DNA of 59,045 nt, counting the filler, from Sphacelaria rigidula (lineage: Eukaryota), in assembly GCA_964200075.2 (NCBI GenBank). It is 6 parts of 6 records of this genome, joined end to end, with 100 filler letters (N's around TTAATTAATTAA, not from the genome) between each part and the next. Parts side by side here need not be neighbours in the genome. Positions count along the whole stretch, not along the records: positions 19,719 to 29,475 come from CAXNAA020007825.1; positions 29,576 to 39,332 come from CAXNAA020007826.1; 4 more parts are not named here. One strand, given 5' to 3'. Made by a program: the position numbers and the translations under genes. Below, one piece after another: positions 24,607 through 37,324 of the stretch (within the stretch, counting starts at the first letter, position 1; every line of letters starts with the position of its first letter). The notes beneath the pieces were generated by a model. It saw nothing but the letters and a program-made list of their open reading frames with translations, did no database searches and was not told the DNA's origin.

Positions 24607-25927
24607 TAGAGTTCGGTATTGGGTCTGAAAATGGCCCCAATAGGATATAGATACATTGGGTAAAAAAATATCGCATATATCTGTAATCTCGCATAAGAAA
24701 TATCATATCCGGATATTTGGACTATCCTCTGCGTATCCGACACCGCACCCGATATCCCTCCAGATTTCTCTGGATATAGTGACGGTTCGTCCAGATTATG
24801 CAGATTTACTGTAACAGTGTGATATACGTATATTATTTGTGTGTGTAACGAGTGACGAGTTAAATGCATCATCAGTGAGCTGCATACGGTTATTATGCAC
24901 GTGCCAGGCATGCTGCACAGAGGCACACACGACAGCGCTGGTGGAGGTGGTAGTGGCAGTGGCAGTGGCAGTACAGTTGCGGCCCGCAAGTGAGAGAAAG
25001 TAGCTATGAAAATCAGGCTCGGCCTTTCACGGAAAATAAGAAGAATGAACGAAGAGACACACCTCAAACTGGGCGACATGAGAAACATGAAAATAAGAAA
25101 CAGCGCGGATACATACCCAAAATAGGTATAAGAAATAAGAAACTAGGTGACTGGGGAGCCCGTTCCCAACTAAGAAACGTACCCTCTATATCTAGATCCC
25201 CCCCCCTGCTAGACTGTACTTTTTGTGGGAGCAGCATACGTTATTTACTCACGGCTGTTTCATGCGGCGCGATCGATGCCGGTTGGGGCTATGCTTTGTG
25301 CGACCGCTAGGGCTAAAATATAAGAAAACTCGATAAAAGAAAAAACACAACTTATGCTGGTGTGTGCGCCGAAATAAGACTTTGAGCCTCAACCCCCAAA
25401 TTGACGTTTCTTGTCTCCGGGCCGCAACTGTAGCCCGCGGTGCAGTAGCAGAGGCGCTGGCGGTGGTAACATTAGTTTGCAGTCCAGATGCAGTACTGTT
25501 GGCTGGGGGTGTCGACCGGGAATTGCTCATCGCACATGTGTGGTGCTGTGGAGTTGGTAGTGGTCGTGTTTCATGTGCACGGGTGTGGTGCGGTGACACC
25601 ACCGTTACCTGCGCACCGGGGATCTGGGGTCTGGAGACAACATGATGAGGCCTATTATGGTATTCAAGACGACATATCGCGTGATATCGGCGTCTATATC
25701 CCACATATATTGGGTATATCGGACATGTTTGGGCAATATATGTCATATCTGGAATAAATATGCGAGAGTATGCGGATATATTGGGTAAGTTTGGGGGATA
25801 TTTTCTCGCATAAGATTGGCCCAAAAATCTTCAAGTTAGGGCCCGAAAAACACGCTTAGAAAATAAATATATCTTATGCGTATTGGGGGCAATATATTTT
25901 CGACCCAATACCCAATACCGAACTCTA
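24607..25927. mobile_element. Non-autonomous hAT-type DNA transposon, 1321 bp
   Basis: TIR TAGAGTTCGGTATTGGGT at both ends; 8-bp TSD GTGGAAAC (24599-24606) / GAGGAAAC (25928-25935). GATAT/ATATC-rich subterminal regions and no transposase. Confidence 0.85.
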
Positions 25928-26719
25928 GAGGAAACCTCTCTTCCAAGGACGTCTGTCCCTCTGGTCTCATCATATTTTAGGTCCCAGAGTATGACCGTCT
26001 TCAATTGACGCCGAGGATGATGAATTATAATTTCACTATAATGCCTACATAATAATATTGAACAGGAACAACGCTCCTGTATTTGTACAAATACAAATTG
26101 GTGCGAATAAAAAATGGTCCGAGACATTTGACACGGCTTTTGACACCAAACAGGGAATATCGCCATCACAAGTCGGGACACCAGTAGACCTAAAGCGGGA
26201 TTGGGGTTAGGGTTGGCGTTTTTACTAGTTCGATCAAAATAATGAACCTTAGATATACGACCAAAACTTTGGGTCGCCTGGGGTCGCCTCCTGGACATTC
26301 CGCATCGTGCCACCGAGAGGATTCGACTTTACTTCTCCGATTCGTTTGGCTCTGAGATACAGCATCGAGAGTGGCCTCTGGACAACAACCACAGCTGGTA
26401 CACCTGGACGAAAACATGTGGTGTCTGAAGGTATCATCATTACACCTTACATTTTGATATCGCAGATGCGATCAGCACTCACTCACAACAGCGTCGACTG
26501 CCGAACAACCTCAGGCAAGCACGGTCGGTCTGCTGCTCACGTCCTCGTGCTTTCAAATACGTGCAAGCAAAACCTGGACGAAAGATTACATCGTCCAAAA
26601 CTATATCGCGTAAATTAGAGTATCGACTATTATTGAGTCACGTATCTCGGAAAACAAAAGATTTTATACCATACTGTACGCGGTACAATTTTTACAAAGT
26701 GATTTATTATACTGTCCAC

Positions 26720-26825
26720 GGTGTGCGTGGAAGTCAGGTACTTGCGTATCTGGCGGAAATCGAACCCGCGTTCATGTAGCCCTGATAGAGCCCGTTCTCC
26801 CACGAGGCCACCGGGGCGCGGCATT
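26720..26825 (-). mobile_element. tRNA-derived SINE head
   Basis: Minus strand reads GCCCCGGTGGCCTCGTGGGAGAACGG...GCGGGTTCGATTTCCGC, with A-box-like and B-box-like motifs but no intact cloverleaf. Confidence 0.5.
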
Positions 26826-28255
26826 AAAAACTAATAGATTCTCCAGCAGGTGAACAATACATGTAGGCACTGATTGCGGAGGAGTAGGACAAGAGTCCAA
26901 AGTAGTACAGCAAAGTACAGGATGATCACGACGTATAACTAGAACAACCGTCAGGAGTGAGCTGGGAGAACGAAAGTCCTGTACTGTACTGATGTTCTCA
27001 TAATGTATATTTTGTATTCCGAATACCTGGGAACATATTGAACCACAGGGACCACGTGCAATGTCTTCTGATATACGGGTATTCGTGTACACTGTGTACT
27101 GTTGTATATGCTCTTTGCTCGGCGTTCAACCACGTTGGTAGGATTCATTCTTTCACTTCATACGCCTTCATCATCGTATATTTGATCCTGATGCTCGGAA
27201 AAGTTGCCTTGACCCACCACTTAACTACCAAGCTATGTGTAAGTTTAGGGGCGCAGCGATCAGAATCAGGAACAATTCAACTCCTGACATTGGATTACGC
27301 CGAGGAGATCGTACAAATCTAATCACCACATCATTCATCATTCGACATTCAACCAAGTTGGCAAGATACCGGCCTTCGACTCACACACCTCTCACCGATT
27401 GTATGATTATCACCCTCCGGAGATTTATCTTGACTCGCCAGTACAGTTCCACAAGCTCAAATAAGTGAGGGCACAGCAATCTCGCTTGGTTGAGGACAAG
27501 CGGACTACTGACAGGGAACATCCAGGAGGTTGTGTAAATCGGATTCGTCACATTCGACTGACCGAATACTATCAGGCCCCGTCATACGAAATATAACACC
27601 CCCTGGTTTTGGAGTGTCCCACCTCAATTTCCTCCCGAAACGAGGGCCTGGGAGCTTATGATTAAACTAATCTACCTAATGACCATTTGAAAAGTATAAT
27701 AATTGAAGAAATTAAAGTAAAAATGGCAAAATGGGGCGCAGACGATCCTCATCCCGCTTCTTGGCGTGTGCCATCTTGAAATGTGGAGGGGTGTTATATA
27801 CCGTCACCTCAGCTCTGTAACTCGCCGGTCAGCGATTTCCGGTCACTCCGGTGGGATCATAACTATGGTCGTAGCGGAGGCAACGCCGGCCTCATTGCAT
27901 CGGTCCTCGTTGATGGCACGGGGGGAGTACCGAGGAACAGGAGGGAAAATTATTACTGGGCTTCAGCAGCAGGTGACCAAGCAGATACAGGTTCCCGCCG
28001 TCGCGATAACCTCCTCGTTTACACGCGATAAACTATTCTGAAAATGACTACACTTACTGTTTTCTACGAGTACAAACACTGACTGTCAGCCGCCTGCCGT
28101 CGAAGACTGAATGCATGAACGACAACAATACATGACACTTAGGAGTGTCGGTACACAGTCCCTCCTGCTGTGTGATGTAAATTATGTATGCATCATAGCT
28201 GCCTTCGAATGGTTGTTCTCGAGATGTCCGTACCATCTCTATGTGTACACACCTA

Positions 28256-28570
28256 CTGCACTGCAAGCCGTGGGTTCAGTTGCTCCATGATGTCTTCACC
28301 GCTCTCGGGCTTTTGCTCTAAGAGACAGTACGAGTACCGACTAATAGTTGAGTAGTTTGTTAACTCCCACCTCGCGGAAGAACTCAGTTCACCTGCCAGC
28401 GACAAATAAATAACTTCACCAGGGTAAACAGTCGGTGGACAGTACAACAAAGACAGGGTAGTGAGAAGCCAAAATCGCTTACCAAAATCGCTCACCTCGT
28501 TCGTGATCCCGCCTTGCTCCCGCCTTTTTCAGGGTGGTCAAGAACCCCATCGTGAACGGGATATGGTAGT
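28256..28570 (-). pseudogene. Two phase-compatible candidate exons of an unidentified gene, possibly a pseudogene
   Basis: Exon ~28570-28496 (TGCAG acceptor, GTGAGC donor, phase 1) splices to an exon from ~28392 (GGCAG acceptor), giving ...MGFLTTLKKAGARRDHERGELSSSARWELTNYST...LNPRLAVQ followed by TAG. Confidence 0.3.
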
Positions 28571-29283
28571 CTGCAAGCACACCATAATACTATCATAGTA
28601 TACAAATTTTGAAACGGGGTAATCTGTTTTTGGCGAGTTTTTTGTATACCATCGCTCATCACAAAGCACGTCTGATCGCTGAGTTTGGATATCAGAAAAT
28701 ACTAGCATCCGCTTCACATTTCCGACGAAAATATTTTTTGTGCACCCAAAATTGAACGACCTACGGGGTGACCGGTTCTGGGGGGCCCTGCGACTTCACT
28801 GCCCCAGGTTCTGAGGCCGTGTCTTACGGCGTGTCTCAGCACTTTTTCTTTCGATCGAAGAAAGTGCGGTCGAATTTGTTTTTGCCGAGCTAATAGGGGA
28901 ACCGCATTTATGTTCCTAGAAGGCTTCAACTCGAAATTTCAAGTAGCGGCGCGCGGAGAAGAATAGGTCAAGGTAAAAAACAATCGTTTTCGATAGGCTT
29001 TTGCTCTTCATGCGCTTTTTTTTTATGGGCGTTTTCTAGGGTTGGGTCCTGGACCAGTATCTACTGCCAGTATTCATGTACTGGCAGTACTACTTGTACT
29101 GGCTGAGAGGCTTGTACTGGCTGCGAGGCCGCCAGTACACCAGTACATGGCCCTCTTACGCACGTCCTACAATATGCCTCCTGAACCACCATGGAAACCC
29201 ACCAAATTGGCCCGCTTCAGAAGAGAGAGGCTGTGGAACGAGTGTACCTATACAGCAGCGGGTGTTGGGAGACCGTACAAACG

Positions 29284-29475
29284 ATGGAACAATCCATGAG
29301 TACCAGCAGCACGCCCTCTGCAGACCCTAATGGCGGGTCTCCAAACCCCGAAGCCGCCGCGGCCTCGAGCGATCCCGGTGAAGCAGAAGTTGTGGCGGTC
29401 GCGCCACCTGCTACTGCTGCTGCTGTTCGTCAGCAGTCGCAGCAGGATCAACTGCGACAGGAGAAGCTGCAACGG
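29284..29475 (+). CDS. Possible first coding exon, truncated by the contig end
   Basis: ATG-initiated, GC-rich open frame MEQSMSTSSTPSADPNGGSPNPEAAAASSDPGEAE...QQDQLRQEKLQR running into the gap. Supported by composition only. Confidence 0.35.
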
Positions 29476-29575
29476 NNNNNNNNNNNNNNNNNNNNNNNNN
29501 NNNNNNNNNNNNNNNNNNNTTAATTAATTAANNNNNNNNNNNNNNNNNNNNNNNNNNNNNNNNNNNNNNNNNNNN
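29476..29575. other. Artificial contig spacer
   Basis: N44-TTAATTAATTAA-N44. Confidence 0.98.
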
Positions 29576-29634
29576 GAAGATTTTGCCTCCCAAAACCATG
29601 CACTTTTGGGGGGGGGGCTATCGTAGAAAGTGTC

Positions 29635-30893
29635 ACAGATGATGTGACAATCATGGGGAGCCCTACGCTGGAGGCGCTGGGTATTGACGTGTAGCTTAGG
29701 TGCCTGTGCACGTGCAGGAAACACTTCGGTGCAAGGTGTAAACACGCCTAATTTTACGGACTGTCGGTGTGTCAGTATCACGGTTGACGCTTTACAGCAA
29801 CCAGGAGGTCGGGCGGAGCCCGCTAATTCCTCAGTCGAGCGGTTGTTGTCGAGAAGTCCGGCGATGAGCATATCCCCGGAACAAGACCTTGCTGAGCTTG
29901 ATGTTGCGCCGGATGAGGTAGTACAAGCCGCCGCGAATAACTGCATATTGGCAAGCGACACGTCGAGCCATTGAAGGTGAAATTCAAACCTGCTGCTGTC
30001 GAAGCAAAGGGTCGGCCGAGGGCGTACTTTCCGGACATGATGGCGTGGTCGGCACGCTGTATCGCAACATTGGTGGCGCTCGGGCTCGTGTAGGGCAGTT
30101 TGCAGGTAGGGCGGGCGAAAGCGGCGATTGCAACGCCCGAGGAGTCCTGTTTTTGCTGGATGAGTGCATACAAGGCGGGGGAGGAAGTTCTCCGTCCACA
30201 CAAGGAGGTGGTGTGTGTGCTCGCCCAGCGGCGGAGTTTCATTTCAATTTTCTCAGTGTTGGCGAGGGTGATCCGCTGGGAGATCATGTCTTGGACGAAA
30301 TAGATCCGTTCAAGTACATATTGGTAAGGATGGATGACCCGAGCGACTTCGTGCGGTTGGAGCCCGCGGAGTTTTGTACGGCGGCGACGACAGTGAAGCA
30401 TCTGTTGACATGGTGCAAAGCGCTGGGGCCGCAGGATGGACGGGTCAGCGATATCGTATCGCAATATGAGAATCGTGTGGTGAGAGTGCTCAAGAAGATG
30501 CTGATGGATCGCAGATTTGTGGTGGCCAACTCGCGGCTGTCACATCGTGAACATGAGCGAATGGTGAATGACATCGTTCGTACCTTAAAGGTCATAATGC
30601 ATGAAGAAAGATGCGATGATGATGCCTGGGTGGGTTTAGTTCCTGCCGTGCAGTGGGCATTGCAGACTGATTTTCGGGACAGCTGTGAGAGCGGTAGCTT
30701 TATCTATGATGCGAGGAGTGACTGTTGGAGTGGAAATGCTACTCTACGGAGTGGACGAGATTGTAGCCGGAGAGCTGTTGTTTCTCAGGGAGAGTGCAGG
30801 AGAATTGCAAGGCCGGCATTACCTGTTAAGGCGCAAGTACTAGTGGAATTGCTTATTGAGAATGAGGAAGCACATTATGACTTGTATACCTGA
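29635..30893 (+). mobile_element. Heavily deleted Ty3/gypsy pol remnants (protease tail, integrase)
   Basis: TIMGSPTLEALGIDV; FHFNFL; YILVRMDDPSDFVRLEP..TAATTVKHLLTWCKALG; ERMVNDIVRTLK..WVGLVPAVQWAL, which is typical of a gypsy rve core. Confidence 0.75.
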
Positions 30894-33800
30894 GTCATTT
30901 TGTTGACGATTGTACGTGATGGTGGTGTGTTTCCTGGATCTGTGTGTTGTGCTGCGCTGATTGGCACGCATGATACATGGTGGTTTCTGCAATGAAGCTG
31001 CTGAGTGAAATCTTAGCATGCATGTGTGACTGATGTGCATGGTGTCTGATGAAAGAGTCAGAGTGAGGCAGTTTTCAATACACTGCTGTGTGTTGAATGA
31101 AAAAAGCTCTTGTATTATTCTTCGCGAAAAAAGTGGAATCGTCGTTGTGCGGTTTGCAGAAACTGACGGTAGGAGATGGTGATTGCTGCTGCTGGCGTGA
31201 AAATGAGCGGAAACTACGAAATGCGTAGGCTTGTAATGGGAACACGTATAACGTGAGTATTTCCAGAGGTTAACGACGAAAGAAATCATGCGCGAATACA
31301 GTGATAGTACAGATTGATCGACTGTAGAAAAGATGTGTCCGCCTGGGAGCCAAGCAGAAGGGAGTAGCTCTCCCGCTACACAAGAAGAAGGCCTGGCACA
31401 CGTTCGTAGAGAGAACGAAGAAATTCTCCGTCAGAGCCAAGACCTGAAGACGGAGATACAGAAGCTACGAAACCTACTTGAACGCAGTCTGGTGGGTCCA
31501 GGGGGGAACAGCGGCCTGGATGCAGGCCGCAGAGAGTCCTCTGTCGGAGATGGCGCGCCGGGAGCATCCGGTATAGAGTACGTCGGACGACATGAAGGTG
31601 TCACCGACAGAAGAGCAGCAGCGGCGTTGCAAACCGCAGCCCCAGTTCTTCAAGGGACATCAGCGGATATTCAAAGCGTGGGTCTTCCGGGAAGATGAGC
31701 GGGTATTCTAGGCCTGGATCTTCCGGAGAAGTCAGTAGGTATTCCAGGCCTGGACTTTTTACGCCCGCCAGCGGCAGGAACTGCTGAATGGTGGGAAAAT
31801 TTACAAGTGTTTCGATCGAGTTTCGGTGATGGTAAGAGTGCAAGCACAGGTGGCGTGTCGTCTTTCGGAATTAGAGATATTCGATGACCTGCTGGTTTGA
31901 AATTTGATGGGACTGCGACTGAATTCCCATCATGGAAAGAGCGCTTTCCATACACGCCGGCAGTGCGGATCGCAGGAAGCGTACACCACTACCGAGGATA
32001 TCCCGGTTGGTGATATTGGAATAGATTTAGCACCTTTGGTTGAGCAGGGCTTTACCGTAAAGCCAAATCAAGCAAACACAGGCAGCTTGGTGACATCTGG
32101 ACGATTATATAACATGCAAAAGTGTAAGAGCAACGATCAGCAACGCGAAATCCCCCAGTAAAGCGTGGCGTGTATTGAAAAATCACGTTTTGCCCCTCAC
32201 CGACGCAAATATCACCCTGTATGAGCACAAGCTCAACGGGTTGAAGATGAAACAAGGGGAAGATCCGCACGTATTTTTTTCAAATCTCAGGGAAGATTGA
32301 GTCCTCTACTTATGCTAGTGGTAGAGAAGGACGAGAAAGCTGTTTGTTCCCTCATGTTGCGTGTACTCACGAGTGAATACGAAATGGCCAGAAGTGCGGT
32401 GAGCATTCATTTCCCGCGTGGTGGAGAAGCGATAGTAAACCATTCATTTCCCACGTGGTGGAGAAGCGATAGTAAACCACGTGCGAAATGCTTACCTAAG
32501 TTTCTCTGTCCAGGGCAAAATTGCCAAATCGACCGGGCAAGCTCTAGTTGCAAAGGCCAGGAAGGGTGGCAATAAGGTATGACACAAGTCATTCCGCGAA
32601 AGCTGAAATCTTTGGCAGGAAGCCTGTGATCTTCCACACAGGATACGGGACTGCAAAGCTCGCGTAATTAGGGCTCCGGACCAGGAAGGCGAAGCAGAGT
32701 CGAAGAAAGACAGCGGTGAGCTTTCACGCTTGAAGTCATTGGCTGCTGCTGCCTCTAGACCTTTCTGTGAAGAGTGGTACGATGATACTGGTGCTCCCTA
32801 TCATTCGACAGATTCATTGCAATGCATGAGAGATCTTACACAAGTATCTTCGAGTGTTGGTGGCATGGGCGACGTGACGTGTGACGTTTCGCTGAAGGGT
32901 AATCTGATAGTAGTTGTCATGACAGAGCAGAACGAGTATTTAGCAGAGTTAAAAGACGTACTGTATGCTCCTCATCTAGGAAACAATCTGTTTTCGCCTC
33001 ATAAGAAATTTGACGGGGAAAGTTGGGACCGCTTAGGAGGTCCAGATGGTATAATGACTGCATTCAACGGACGTGTGACGTTTGCGAACCAGGACGGCAT
33101 ATCGAGTAGGGGAGCAATTTGGTGCTTCCGCATTACCAGCAATTATGCCCTCAAACCCTCCCCCTGTAGAACGGATGAATATTAACCTGTTTCACTGTAT
33201 CTATGGCCATGCTCATGAGCAGCTGTTGAGGCATACTGCTAGACATTTAGATACTACTCTTGAAAAAGAAATGCATCCGGACAACAAATCACCTAACGAA
33301 ATGTGGTTCGGGACGGCTATGTCGGCCAGTCCACATCCCTTTCTTAAGCCGGCCTACTGCCGATGAGAGCGGCCATCCAAGCTGCTGCCTATTGTGGAGA
33401 CTTTCTTGTGTCTCGGACCTTCGCACGAGCATCCGCGCGACTCTTACCGTGCGCTAACGCGGGGAGGGCAAATTGTCGAGACCCGAGATATTACGTAGGA
33501 AGAGGCATCGTCGCAGTCTCTCCCGCCCCCGCAATCGCTGACGACAGCGAAATCGGGAGGGGGGGATGAGCCCTACGACGATGAGTTGGCGGAAGTGTGG
33601 CCGCTGACAGGAAGAGAAATTCCCCACGTGCGGCGACCGGCCCAGGGGGTGGAGGAAGGTCAACAACCAGCAGAGGCGGCGGAATATCCACTACCGGTGG
33701 ACGCACCATCACCACCAGCATCATCATCCAGCGGCGAGTCATCGTCAACATCGCCCTCGCCATCTCTCGACGACCGATCAGCATCTGCGTCACCATCATC

Positions 33801-33918
33801 TCCCAGCAGCACATCATCAGTACCTGCATCGTCCTCCAGCAACAGCAGGGACGCCATGCCTGATCGAGATAATGTGCCAGCGCAAACACGCAACGCGCTG
33901 AGACAGCTCGAGGCGTAC

Positions 33919-36900
33919 TGTAGGCTTGTCTGCAATCAGAGCAAGGGGAAAGTGCTGCTCTAGAGGCTTCCTCCCTGTCACGGGCTCCAGAGACTTCAAG
34001 ACTCAAGCAGTTATACAAACAACATGTCTTACTTAAGCACAAAAGACCGGCGCACTCGTATGCAAACATCATACATTACGGAGTCCAACGATCATACACT
34101 CAGAACCGTTATCCATCAACTAGCCTATAAACACCTGCTATGCATTTTCTCCACTGCAGTCATTCATGTACCGAGTCAGGGTAACAATGGTGCCCGGAGT
34201 ATATCAACAAGTCGTCAATCTAGAGCTTGATAAACTCAGACATCATTATTGCCGAAGTCTACCGTCATTTTTTCACATTGAATGGCAATCCCTACCGCAG
34301 TTTACGATAACAGTAACACAAGCTTGTCCAATTTCCGAACAGCTCGTAAGAGGTCCAAAACGTCAATTGGGAATACGCAATCACGCTACTTGCATCGCTC
34401 CGAGTCACGGAGCGATAGCTGACGCCCAATTTTCAAACCCATACCTTAAACAAGTCTCCTGACTCCAAACTGGCAAAGGAATCTCAAACGTCAACGAACT
34501 TCAAATTCTCAAGCCATCATGACAATCCGTCTCTCGCATTCGATACCGTTTAACCCACAAATTCCTGTTTCGTACGTTCAACACCTGCGCAACGGAGTGC
34601 AACAGCCAACCAATATACCTGAAACTAAAATCAAATAAGTATCCAACACGCCAGAACGCAGTTGGTCTCTTGCTTGTTCAACTCTGTGAAAACGTATGCC
34701 TCGCACACCTCTTCTTCGTGAAAGCTTTAAAGCTTCATTGCGTCACTCAACTCATGAGCATACTGAAAAAAAAATCATGGCTCAAACCGTTTTTCAAGCC
34801 ATGTATACCAAACCAACAACGGCAAATGGACCTCGACCTCCGCCATCATTGATCACCCGTTGAGATATCGTTCTCGAACTGGTTTGTACCGAGTACATCC
34901 CAGAAAGCACCCAGATAAAATATGCCAACTTGGATTCAGGACCGTCATATTCCATCGGTCGATTAACCGCGATGTTAAATGCAGCTCATGTCCCAACAGA
35001 CTTGCAGCTCACTTGCACCGCTTCCTCAGATAAATGGACACTCCCTCCACATCATCCATCCGGACGGAAATGAAATATTGCAACATGAAGATATGCAGTG
35101 GATCCTGGATTGATTGGTTGGAGGATCACTATTGGATACGTGACATATCGTGTTCGTAAGGAAAGCCCATGAAGCTTACTTCTGCTTAACGAAAGACTGC
35201 TGTTTGTATAATTGCTCGAAGTCTTCAAGTCTCTGGTGCCCGTGATAGGGGGGAAGCCTCTGGAGCAGCACTTTGACCTTGTTGTGATTTCCGGCAGGTT
35301 CACAATAAACGTTTATTCAGGAAACTTGTCTTTCTAGATTGGGTTTTTGACGTCGCACCCGACCGTTTGTAGAGCGTGAGGACGCTCACGTTGAATAAAG
35401 GAGGGGGGGGAGGAAGCGGCGGAGAGAGGCGCAGGCCACACGAATCCAAGGCGACTGCGGGACAGGAGGCTGTTGGAAGGATGGCAGCGCGAAGGGAAGG
35501 GGGCACCAGCGAGACGATTGATGAGGTGAAGTTTGCAGTAACCGAATTGACCTTGGGGGGATCCTTAAAAGTGCCCAAATATGGGCGAGTATTCAGTGAG
35601 CAAGCAAGCTTCCAGACGCTTTTACCGACGGTATCGAGAATATGAGGAGGAAGTGGGAAAAAGTAACAAAGGCTGGTCGGTTAAGTGCGCACTCTTGGCC
35701 ATCCAAGAAAGAGTTGGTGCCAAAGCACATCCGGAACTGCGTGTCTGACACCATCTTTGTCTTTGACGGCTATATTTTCAGCGTTGCGACCCAGCTACAC
35801 GCCGCCCAGACACATGGAATGGCGCAAAAGTTGCATTGATACTCCTTGGACCAGCGGTCATCTTTTTGCCCCCTTTTTGGCAAGCAGACGGAAGAAATCG
35901 TGGAATTGGGAATTCGTCCTCACCGTGCATGCTTTTCGTCCTTCACAGTGCAAGCATCTACCCTGTATCATTGTACCAGATGCGAACCACCTACTGCACC
36001 CTCAGCGGGTGCACTGTCGTGCCGGTCCACTCGGGCAGACACATGCTTCTCGCCCTTGACAGTACATGCGGGAGCGCTCCCATGCCTGTCCCCTCCGACA
36101 GACACATGCTGCGTGACCAGTGTGCATTTCACAGTGCCATGCACCCCATTCTACGACGCATGCTTGCACAACGCGAAAAGCAACTGCTCGTGCCCAACAT
36201 CATGAGTATGCTTCAAGAACGTGTCACGCAGACATTTGGCAATATGTCTCGGCATGAGGTCAGAAACTGCTGCCACCTCAAAGAGATTTGTTCACCTCGC
36301 GTTCACCTGACCTATATCTCGCACACATTGCTCGTATTTGCGTAAAAACTCGGCTGATTTCTCGCTCGAAATACTGCGGCCGTAGTACGACACCTCCAGC
36401 GCCAGTACAGGAACAACACGACCATCGACGATGGCATATTGCTGCGCCTCATCATGTTGAACAGTCGAACAGGCTCTGCCGCTTCCTCCACGTTTCTCAT
36501 CAAGCACCGAGCCACCACGACATGTGTACATAGTGGACAATCATAAAGCAGCACCTCAGCAGCTCAACAGCAGTTCGGAAAAAACCGGCGTTGTTTTTCA
36601 ATCACAGAGACAACAACTTTCCATGCACCAAAACGCGCTTGGCGGCCATCAAACGACAATGGCCACCAAATGACAAATGTCACAGCGCCTCTTCCTCACG
36701 CAGATCTCAGCACGTTGTGGAAGACTTTAGACTCCTCTTCTTGAACGCGGCTGGCCAACCTTGAGTCAGCCCTCTCGCAATTCTCTCGTCTCGAGTTGTA
36801 ATTGCGCCGGTTTTTTTGACAGGCTCTCCGGGCAACTCAGCCGGTGATCAACCGATACCGAAGCGCACCCTAGCAATACCTCAGAACCTTCTCGGCTCTA

Positions 36901-37324
36901 CTCCTTCCATCCTCCTACGCGCTGCCATCCTTCCAATAGGCTTCTGAACTTCAGTTGCCTCGCATTATATGACCAGTGCCTCTCTCTCCGCCGCTTCCCC
37001 CCACCCTGTTTTCCAACGTGACTATGGCGTGCGGCTTCAAAAACCCAATCCAGAAACGACAAGTTTCCTGAATAAACGTTTATTGTAGGCTTGTCTGAAA
37101 TCTGAACAAGGTCACAGTGCTGCTCCAGAGGCTTCCTTCCTGTCACGGGCTCCAGAGACTTCAAGACTCAAAAAGTTATACAAAAAGCATGTCTTACTTA
37201 ACCACAAAAGACCGGCGTACCTCGTATGCAAACATCATACATCACGGAGTCCACCAATTATACTCTCAGACCTGTTATCCATCAACCAGCCTATAAACGC
37301 CTGCTATGCATTTTATCCACTACA
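33919..37324 (-). mobile_element. Nested degenerate LTR retrotransposon, probably gypsy-derived, 3.4 kb, LTRs ~240 bp, TSD GTAC
   Basis: Direct repeats 33919-34158 and 37084-37324 with TGTAG...CT(A/G)CA ends; GTAC at 33915-33918 and 37325-37328. The internal region has no intact ORF. Orientation is inferred from the conserved leader next to 37084. Confidence 0.85.
35094..35650 (+). mobile_element. Diverged related LTR (35094-35304) plus leader, in opposite orientation inside the nested element
   Basis: TGCAGTGGA...GTCTTCAAGTCTCTGG.GCCCGTGA.AGG..GAAGCCTCTGGAGCAGCAC...CACA followed by ATAAACGTTTATTCAGGAAACTTGTC, matching the reverse complement of ~37030-37190. Confidence 0.75.
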
